Part shown: positions 25,281 through 32,000 of the stretch, piece by piece | Layout: every line of letters starts with the position of its first letter | Numbering within the stretch: position 1 is the stretch's first letter | Assembly (NCBI RefSeq): GCF_000012805.1 | Contig: NC_007484.1 | Location: forward strand, 2,880,001-2,912,000 | Direction: 5' to 3' | DNA from: Nitrosococcus oceani ATCC 19707 | GTDB lineage: Bacteria; Pseudomonadota; Gammaproteobacteria; Nitrosococcales; Nitrosococcaceae | Length of the DNA stretch: 32,000 bases | Position numbers and translations under genes: made by a program | Notes under the pieces: generated by a model | Seen by the model: only the letters and a program-made list of their open reading frames with translations | Databases searched by the model: none | What the model was told of the DNA's origin: nothing

Positions 25281-27233
25281 TTAGCCCCCGTAAATGACGA
25301 AACTGCCGATAAGAAAAAGCAGCCCTAAAATCATGGCAAAGGCATAATGAAAAAGATAACCGGACTGCAAATAACGGGTGATTTGAGCGATTACGCCGAC
25401 TACCCGTGCCGTTCCATTGACGAAAAAACCGTCAATCAGCATTCGATCCCCAAGCTGTGAAAGCAACCTGCCTGCCTGGCGCGCTCCACCCGCAAAGAAA
25501 ATTTCATTGAAACGATCAAACCCATATTTGTTACTCAAGGCCCAATAAAGCAAGCCAAAACGGCTCCGCAATTGCTTTGGCAGCTGAGGACGCTTGAGAT
25601 ATAAATACCAAGCTGCTACGACCCCCACCATAGCCAGTATGAAAGGAAGCCCCTGAAAGCCATGCAAGGCAAAAGCCATCGCTCCATGAAAATCAGCGCT
25701 TACCGCTGCCAGCACATTATGAGCTGGAGAAACCATAACTGCCTCGCCAAAAAAACCACCAAACAAAATTGGTTCAATAAAAATACCAGCCACTACCGAA
25801 GGGATAGCCAATAACACCAAAGGCACGGTCACTACCGCTGGAGACTCTTTTAAGTGTGCGCGGGTATGCTGATCCATCCGTTCCTCCCCGTGAAATGTGA
25901 GAAACAACATTCGAAAGGTATAAAAGGCTGTAACAAATACGCCGGAAACAACCATCGCGTAAGCAAAGCCCGCACCGGGAAGTTGAGAAGCGTGAACAGC
26001 TTCGATAATGGAGTCTTTGGAAAAAAATCCAGAAAACCCAGGAAAACCAATTAGCGCTAACGCACCTATTATTGCAGTCCAGTAGGTGACAGGCATATAT
26101 TTTTTTAGCCCACCCATCTTACGCATATCTTGCTCGTGGTGCATCGCGATAATCACTGATCCCGCCCCCAGGAAAAGCAACGCCTTGAAAAAGGCGTGAG
26201 TCATGAGATGAAAGATTCCCGCCGCATAGGCGGAAACCCCAAGCGCCACCGTCATATATCCTAACTGTGACAAGGTGGAATAGGCGATTACTCGCTTGAT
26301 GTCATTCTGGACAATACCTATCAGCCCCATAAAGAAAGCGGTAATTGCGCCAATGACTAAAATAACGCTCAGAGCAATTTCGGACAGCTCATAGATCGGC
26401 GACATCCGGGCGACCATAAAAATACCTGCAGTCACCATGGTTGCCGCGTGAATAAGAGCGGAAATCGGGGTCGGGCCTTCCATGGAATCCGGCAACCACA
26501 CATGCAAGGGTGCTTGCGCCGATTTACCCATAGCACCAATGAAGAGTAAAATTCCTATCACCGTAAGCACCGACCAAGCGGTTCCTGGCCAAACAGAAAG
26601 TGTTTCCTCCGTCAGCGTAGGCACCACTGTAAATACCTCTACATAATCCAGGCTCCCCGTATACATTAATACGCAGGCGATCCCCAGCAAAAAACCTATA
26701 TCACCAATCCGGTTAACTAAAAAGGCTTTAAGACTGGCATAAATGGCGGATTCCCGCTTATACCAAAAACCTATCAATAGGTAGGACACCAAGCCCACGG
26801 CTTCCCATCCAAAAAACAATTGGAGGAAATTATTTGCCATGACCAACATCAGCATGGAAAAAGTGAAAAGAGCGATATAGCTAAAAAAACGCTGATAGCC
26901 AGGATCATCCGCCATATAGCCGATGGTATAAATATGTACCATTAGGGAAACAAAGGTCACCACTACCATCATTAGCGCGCTTAAACGATCAATAAGAAAA
27001 CCGATTTCCACGCGTAAATCGCCAACAGCGACCCAAGTGTAGACGGCCTCATTATAGATGACTCCATCCACCACCACTTGCTTAAACACCATGAGAGATA
27101 ACAAAAATGCAATGCTTACCCCGGCAATAGCAGCTCGATGGGACCAGAGGCGCCCAATCTTCTTTCCAAACAAGCCAGCAATGAGGCTGCCGATCAGGGG
27201 CGCAAACACAATTCCAAGAGTCTGGACTTCCAT
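25281..27233 (-). CDS. nuoL: NADH-quinone oxidoreductase subunit L
   Basis: 650 aa with WLPDSMEGPTPISALIHAATMVTAG and a long C-terminal extension typical of NuoL. Confidence 0.94.
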   Translation of the reverse strand: MEVQTLGIVFAPLIGSLIAGLFGKKIGRLWSHRAAIAGVSIAFLLSLMVFKQVVVDGVIYNEAVYTWVAVGDLRVEIGFLIDRLSALMMVVVTFVSLMVHIYTIGYMADDPGYQRFFSYIALFTFSMLMLVMANNFLQLFFGWEAVGLVSYLLIGFWYKRESAIYASLKAFLVNRIGDIGFLLGIACVLMYTGSLDYVEVFTVVPTLTEETLSVWPGTAWSVLTVIGILLFIGAMGKSAQAPLHVWLPDSMEGPTPISALIHAATMVTAGIFMVARMSPIYELSEIALSVILVIGAITAFFMGLIGIVQNDIKRVIAYSTLSQLGYMTVALGVSAYAAGIFHLMTHAFFKALLFLGAGSVIIAMHHEQDMRKMGGLKKYMPVTYWTAIIGALALIGFPGFSGFFSKDSIIEAVHASQLPGAGFAYAMVVSGVFVTAFYTFRMLFLTFHGEERMDQHTRAHLKESPAVVTVPLVLLAIPSVVAGIFIEPILFGGFFGEAVMVSPAHNVLAAVSADFHGAMAFALHGFQGLPFILAMVGVVAAWYLYLKRPQLPKQLRSRFGLLYWALSNKYGFDRFNEIFFAGGARQAGRLLSQLGDRMLIDGFFVNGTARVVGVIAQITRYLQSGYLFHYAFAMILGLLFLIGSFVIYGG

Positions 27234-27238
27234 CGTAC

Positions 27239-27544
27239 CTAGCCCTTCAAATTATCCAAATCACCCACATTAATGGTCCGCCTATTCCGGAATAAAACCA
27301 CCAGAATTGCCAAACCAATAGCGCTTTCCGCTGCGGCTACCGTGAGAATAAAAAAAACAAAAACTTGTCCTGCCATATCTTCCAGAAAGTGGGAAAAAGC
27401 CACGAAATTCATATTAACGGCCAATAGCATAAGCTCAATGGACATTAATAGAATGATGATATTTTTTCGGTTAAGAAAAATTCCAGCAACGGAGAGGCAA
27501 AACAATAGCGCCCCCAGGATTAAAAAATCGGATAATGCAATCAT
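27239..27544 (-). CDS. nuoK: NADH-quinone oxidoreductase subunit K
   Basis: 101-aa protein with 3 TM segments ([15 protein letters not shown]...[13 protein letters not shown]). Confidence 0.93.
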   Translation of the reverse strand: MIALSDFLILGALLFCLSVAGIFLNRKNIIILLMSIELMLLAVNMNFVAFSHFLEDMAGQVFVFFILTVAAAESAIGLAILVVLFRNRRTINVGDLDNLKG

Positions 27545-27552
27545 GGTTGGGT

Positions 27553-28158
27553 TTAGTTTGTTTTTTGGGACTTCTCGGCGGCCATCTTAACCAATCTAAC
27601 CCGATCTTGAGGCCGTACCCGCACCTGTTGCGCAGGATCTTGAGCTTTACTGGGGCGACGCCGCAATGCTAAAGCAATGGCCGCGACAATAGCGACTAGA
27701 AGAATGACTGAAGCTAATTCGAAAGGATAAACGTAAACGGTATAGAGTAAATTTCCCAACTCTTTTGTGTTGCTGTAATCAGCCCCGCGGGAAGCAGGGG
27801 CAGTGAATTGGTCAAGACCAAAGTTTTTGCTTCCTAGCACAATTATCATTTCAATGGCAATGAGCACTGCTACCAGGAACCCAACGGGCAAGTATCGAGC
27901 AAATCCTTCCTGCAGTGGCGCCAGATTCATATCCAACATCATTACCACAAACAGGAACAACACCATGACCGCACCGATATAAACCAATACCAGAACAATC
28001 GCTAGAAACTCAGCTTCCAGCAAAAGCCAGATAGCAGCGCTGGTAAAAAAAGCCAAAACCAAAAATAAGGCTGCCCGCACAGGGTTACGTACAGTAACCA
28101 CCATAGTTGCCGCAAACAGCAAGATGGCAGCAAAGATATAAAAGAGAGTCTTTTCCAT
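27553..28158 (-). CDS. nuoJ: NADH-quinone oxidoreductase subunit J
   Basis: 201-aa membrane subunit in the conserved position between nuoI and nuoK. Confidence 0.9.
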   Translation of the reverse strand: MEKTLFYIFAAILLFAATMVVTVRNPVRAALFLVLAFFTSAAIWLLLEAEFLAIVLVLVYIGAVMVLFLFVVMMLDMNLAPLQEGFARYLPVGFLVAVLIAIEMIIVLGSKNFGLDQFTAPASRGADYSNTKELGNLLYTVYVYPFELASVILLVAIVAAIALALRRRPSKAQDPAQQVRVRPQDRVRLVKMAAEKSQKTN

Positions 28159-28182
28159 GAAGCAGCAGCCTATAAAGCCTAG

Positions 28183-28671
28183 TTAACGATAAGGTGCATC
28201 AGCGGCCCTATCGGCAGCAATTTGGGCTTCATATTTGTCACCCAGCGCCAATAATTGTTCTTTGTGGAGAATATGCTCGCCTCGCTCTTCAAAATGATAA
28301 TCAAGGATCCGAGTCTCCACGATAGAATCGACCGGGCAGGACTCCTCACAAAAACCGCAGTAAATACACTTAAAAAGATCGATATCATAACGAGTCGTAC
28401 GACGGGTTCCGTCTTCCCGTTGTTCGGAATCGATGGTAATCGCTAACGCTGGACAAACCGCTTCACAGAGTTTGCAAGCGATGCAACGTTCTTCACCGTT
28501 GGGATAGCGGCGTAAAGCATGGAGACCGCGAAACCGGGGTGATTGAGGCGTCCGCTCTTCGGGGAACTGGACTGTAACCTTTTTTGTGAACAAATAACGG
28601 CCAGTCAATTTAAGACCCAGCAGTAATTCCCACAGTAAAAAACTCTTAATGTACGAACGCAGGGTATTCAT
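28183..28671 (-). CDS. nuoI: NADH-quinone oxidoreductase subunit I (2x[4Fe-4S] ferredoxin)
   Basis: Two CxxCxxCxxxCP motifs: [12 protein letters not shown] and [12 protein letters not shown]. Confidence 0.95.
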   Translation of the reverse strand: MNTLRSYIKSFLLWELLLGLKLTGRYLFTKKVTVQFPEERTPQSPRFRGLHALRRYPNGEERCIACKLCEAVCPALAITIDSEQREDGTRRTTRYDIDLFKCIYCGFCEESCPVDSIVETRILDYHFEERGEHILHKEQLLALGDKYEAQIAADRAADAPYR

Positions 28672-28683
28672 AATGATTACTCC

Positions 28684-29718
28684 TTACGTGAACCAAGGGC
28701 CTAGCTGGGCAACCCGTGCGCCCCCCACTACCAACAACCAAACGATGGTGATAGGAATGAATACCTTCCAACCAAGGCGCATGATTTGATCGTATCGATA
28801 ACGAGGAAAGGTAGCCCGAAACCAAAGATAAAAGAATAAAAATATAGCCGTCTTTATCAGGAGCCAAACGATGCCAGGAACCCATTCAAATATAGCCTCT
28901 AGTACCGTTCCCTGAAACGGGGATAACCATCCACCCAAAAACATCAAAGCCGCTAGAGTGGATACTAGGATCATCTCAATGTATTCAGCGAGGAAAAAGA
29001 GAGCAAAAGCCATACCAGAATATTCCACATGAAAACCGGCAACAATCTCAGATTCTCCTTCGGCCACATCGAAAGGCAAACGGTTAGTCTCTGCCACCCC
29101 AGAGATAAAATAAATTAGGAATAAGGGAAATAAAGGCAGCCAAAACCAGTGCCAAAATCCTCCTTCCTGGGCTTGCACGATCTCGCCAAGATTAAGGCTA
29201 CCACCCGCAATCAACACGCCCACCAGCGCAAAGCCCATGGCGATTTCATAAGACACGACCTGAGCAGCAGAACGCATGGCCCCCAGAAAGGCATATTTGG
29301 AGTTAGAAGCCCAACCCGCCAGGATAATGCCATATACGCTCATGGAGCCAATGGCGAGAATGTACAGTAAAGCAGCGTTGATATCCGCGAGAACTAAATG
29401 GGCATCGAAGGGGATCACCGCCCAAACAGCAAGGGCCGGAGCAATAGCAAGCACCGGCGCTAGCAAAAACAGGATTCGGTTGGCGCTAGCCGGGATAATA
29501 ATTTCCTTGAGAAGGAGTTTGACAGTATCCGCAATAGGCTGCAGCCAACCCCTGGGTCCAACACGATTTGGACCTATCCGGCCCTGCATATAACCAATGA
29601 TCTTCCGCTCGGCAAAAGTCAACCAGGCGACTATCAATATCAGCGGCAACACGATAGCTACGATCTTAAAGAGAATCGGCAGCGTCACCTGAAGCGATGA
29701 AGGTAGAAAATCAAACAT
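28684..29718 (-). CDS. nuoH: NADH-quinone oxidoreductase subunit H
   Basis: [33 protein letters not shown] is the NuoH signature. The start is placed at Met 29718 (MFDFLPSS...), 7 nt after the nuoG stop. Confidence 0.93.
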   Translation of the reverse strand: MFDFLPSSLQVTLPILFKIVAIVLPLILIVAWLTFAERKIIGYMQGRIGPNRVGPRGWLQPIADTVKLLLKEIIIPASANRILFLLAPVLAIAPALAVWAVIPFDAHLVLADINAALLYILAIGSMSVYGIILAGWASNSKYAFLGAMRSAAQVVSYEIAMGFALVGVLIAGGSLNLGEIVQAQEGGFWHWFWLPLFPLFLIYFISGVAETNRLPFDVAEGESEIVAGFHVEYSGMAFALFFLAEYIEMILVSTLAALMFLGGWLSPFQGTVLEAIFEWVPGIVWLLIKTAIFLFFYLWFRATFPRYRYDQIMRLGWKVFIPITIVWLLVVGGARVAQLGPWFT

Positions 29719-29725
29719 ATAAACC

Positions 29726-31999
29726 TTACTCCGCTGCAGTAACCTTAATAGGCATAAAAGGAGCGCCCAAGGCCCCCGCCTCTTCAAAGGCAGCAGCCAG
29801 CCGTAAACACCCTTCCGCTACAGAGTCATCAACCGCAAAAGGTAAAATGACTTGTCCATTTCCTTGGTCCACCGCAATTCGTTCGGCATTGCTTAGACCT
29901 AGACGGGTCGCATCAGCGCTATTCATATAAGCTTGGCGAGCAGCTTGGCCATCGGGACTTTCCTGCAGCGGGCGACTACGCCGAACCAATCCATCCGTCC
30001 CATAGATAAACGTGTCCGCAATACGCACCAAAGAACTATCGTCATTCGTGCTTCCAAGAGTTTCTGGACGCCATGGAGTTAATGCCTGAGGCTTAGCAAG
30101 ATTCTCTATTTGATGGCGCAGCTCATCATGGATCTCTTGAGAAGAAAGATAATTGAAATCAGGAATTTGAAGCAGATTGGCAAGCACTCGCAGCACCTTC
30201 CAGGCCGGACGCGCCTCCCCCGGAGGAGGGACAGCTCCTGTAAAACTCTGCCAACGGCCTTCGGCATTTACGAAAGTCCCCGAGGTCTCAACATAGGTGG
30301 CGATAGGTAACAGCACATTAGCGTAGTCCAGCATAGCCTGACTGCGAAATGCCGTTAATGAAACGACAAAGTCTGCATTCCGAAGAGCCTTCTGAGCCGA
30401 CAGAGGATCGGCACAGTCAAACTCAGGTTCAACTGCCAGCAACAAATAGCCCCGAAGTTCTGCTTCGAGCATTGCCTGCCCATTGAGGCCCCGTACTGGC
30501 GCACGGCCGCCGCCAGGCCCCCGATGGGGAAGAACACCGGCTAAGGCTGCACCCACGGCATTGCCTCCCGAAGGGAAAAAACCTAGCTGGCAACCACCCA
30601 ACTGGCACGCCAAATCTGCTAAAGCACGTAATACCGAAAAATGAGGATGTCCCTCAGCTATCCCGCCTAATAATATCCTCCCGTGCAAGGCATTAGCCAG
30701 TTGATCCGCCATTGCCCGCTCTGTCTCGGTAGGCTGAATATCGGCTAATAGAGAGGTCCATCCGGCATCCAAGGACTTGCCCTTGCTTGCTGCTAAACAC
30801 TTAGTTACACCAGCCAAGGCTCGGAGCATACCCTGAGGCCCCGCAATTATCTTCTCTGCAACGGGGAAGCGGACTAGATAATCCACAGGGTTAATATACA
30901 TAAGGGCTGCGCCCCGAAGCGCCGCTTTGCGCAGGCGCAACCCAAACAAGGGTTGCTCTTTATGTATATTCGCCCCCACCACTAAAATGCAATCCGACTG
31001 CTCCAGCTCTTCAATGGTACAGCCTAGGGGCACTGTCTCTGGCTCAAATTCCTGATCGCGAAAATCTTGCCGCCGCAGGCGATGGTCAATGTTGTTACTA
31101 TGCAGACCTCGCAATAGCTTCTGAAATAAGGAGAGTTCCTCAACAGTCGCATAGGGTGAGGCAAGCCCGCCTAGTTGGGTGCTCCCGGCCTCTTCAGCAA
31201 CCCATTGCAGGCCCTTAGCAGCAGTTTCCAACGCCTCCTCCCAATCGGTTTCACGCCAAACGCCCTCTTGCTTAACCATAGGCCGATGTAACCGTTCTTC
31301 ATGGGTTAAGCCAAGCCAGCCATAACGGTCACGATCAGCAATCCAGGTTTCATTCACCGCTTCGTTATCCCGGGGAACAGCCCGCATCACCTCATTTCGC
31401 CGTATATGCAATTCAATGTTGGCACCTACACTATCGTGGGGAGAAATAGTAGGATGTCCCGCCATTTCCCAAGCCCGAGCACGGTAGCGGAAAGGTTTAT
31501 CTGTCAACGCGCCTACCGGGCAGAGATCAATTACATTTCCTGCTAATTCCGACGCTAAACTCTGTTCAATATAGGTACCAATCTCCATGTGCTCACCGCG
31601 CCCGGTCGCCCCTAATTCCTTTATGCCAGCGATCTCCTGGCCAAAGCGAACACAACGTGTGCAGTGGATACAGCGGGTCAGATCGGTTTTAATCAAAGGC
31701 CCGATATTCTTGTCCTTCACTACCCGTTTACGCTCGGTAAAGCGGGAAATATCATTACCATAACCCATGGCCAGATCCTGTAGCTCGCACTCACCCCCTT
31801 GATCACAGATAGGGCAATCCAACGGGTGGTTAATGAGCAAAAACTCCATCACCCCCTTTTGGGCCGCAATAGCGCGGGGCGAACTGGTAAATATCTTCAT
31901 GCCATCCGCCACGGGGGTGGCGCAAGCAGGCAGAGGCTTTCTGGATTTTTCCACCTCCACCAAACACATCCGACAGTTGGCAGCAATCGATAGGTGTTT
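29726..31999 (-). CDS. nuoG: NADH-quinone oxidoreductase subunit G, 5'-truncated by window edge
   Basis: The frame is open to the window end ([26 protein letters not shown]...). It has Fe-S motifs [10 protein letters not shown] and [10 protein letters not shown], followed by a molybdopterin-oxidoreductase-like domain. Confidence 0.94.
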   Translation of the reverse strand, partial: KHLSIAANCRMCLVEVEKSRKPLPACATPVADGMKIFTSSPRAIAAQKGVMEFLLINHPLDCPICDQGGECELQDLAMGYGNDISRFTERKRVVKDKNIGPLIKTDLTRCIHCTRCVRFGQEIAGIKELGATGRGEHMEIGTYIEQSLASELAGNVIDLCPVGALTDKPFRYRARAWEMAGHPTISPHDSVGANIELHIRRNEVMRAVPRDNEAVNETWIADRDRYGWLGLTHEERLHRPMVKQEGVWRETDWEEALETAAKGLQWVAEEAGSTQLGGLASPYATVEELSLFQKLLRGLHSNNIDHRLRRQDFRDQEFEPETVPLGCTIEELEQSDCILVVGANIHKEQPLFGLRLRKAALRGAALMYINPVDYLVRFPVAEKIIAGPQGMLRALAGVTKCLAASKGKSLDAGWTSLLADIQPTETERAMADQLANALHGRILLGGIAEGHPHFSVLRALADLACQLGGCQLGFFPSGGNAVGAALAGVLPHRGPGGGRAPVRGLNGQAMLEAELRGYLLLAVEPEFDCADPLSAQKALRNADFVVSLTAFRSQAMLDYANVLLPIATYVETSGTFVNAEGRWQSFTGAVPPPGEARPAWKVLRVLANLLQIPDFNYLSSQEIHDELRHQIENLAKPQALTPWRPETLGSTNDDSSLVRIADTFIYGTDGLVRRSRPLQESPDGQAARQAYMNSADATRLGLSNAERIAVDQGNGQVILPFAVDDSVAEGCLRLAAAFEEAGALGAPFMPIKVTAAE

Positions 32000-32000
32000 A

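Noticed and set aside
28179-28885. ORFs 28179-28388 and 28646-28885 overlapping nuoI/nuoH
   Set aside because: They are alternative-frame shadows of strongly supported nuo genes.

Overview
This is a 32-kb chromosomal segment of about 50% GC that reads like a gammaproteobacterium. My impression is Nitrosococcus/Chromatiales-like, but I cannot verify that without a search. It falls into three sectors.

(1) 1-7.5 kb holds housekeeping and envelope genes: the 3' part of nrdB, a small secreted TIGR04073-like protein, a lytic-transglycosylase-domain protein, an OmpA protein with thrombospondin type-3 repeats, a MATE exporter and a YqaA/DedA protein.

(2) 7.5-15.4 kb is an accessory island packed with type II toxin-antitoxin modules: Phd/VapC remnant, MNT-HEPN, HicAB, two VapBC, ParDE and an HTH antitoxin. 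It also carries an orphan sigma54-driven type IV pilin gene, a TnpA-less IS200/IS605-type tnpB element and a Uma2 nuclease.

(3) 15.4-32 kb is core metabolism: gcvPB, a PfkB kinase, a DUF255 thioredoxin-like protein, rluD, a quinone oxidoreductase and nuoG-N.

The most interesting signals are these:
- An unannotated, stem-dense, roughly 0.4-kb noncoding locus at 1.6-2.0 kb. Its 5' edge carries a roughly 58-80 nt module that is about 90% identical to the sequence just upstream of the tnpB gene 12 kb away. This suggests a TnpB-less, RNA-only derivative or partner of the same element family.
- The tnpB element itself has intact RuvC residues and a candidate omega-RNA region that is fused in frame to a downstream antitoxin ORF.
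- Toxin genes are inactivated throughout the island while their antitoxins stay intact, including a HEPN toxin with His->Pro in its Rx4-6H motif.

No CRISPR array, rRNA, tRNA or integrase was seen. All family assignments come from motif recognition by eye; no database search was possible.
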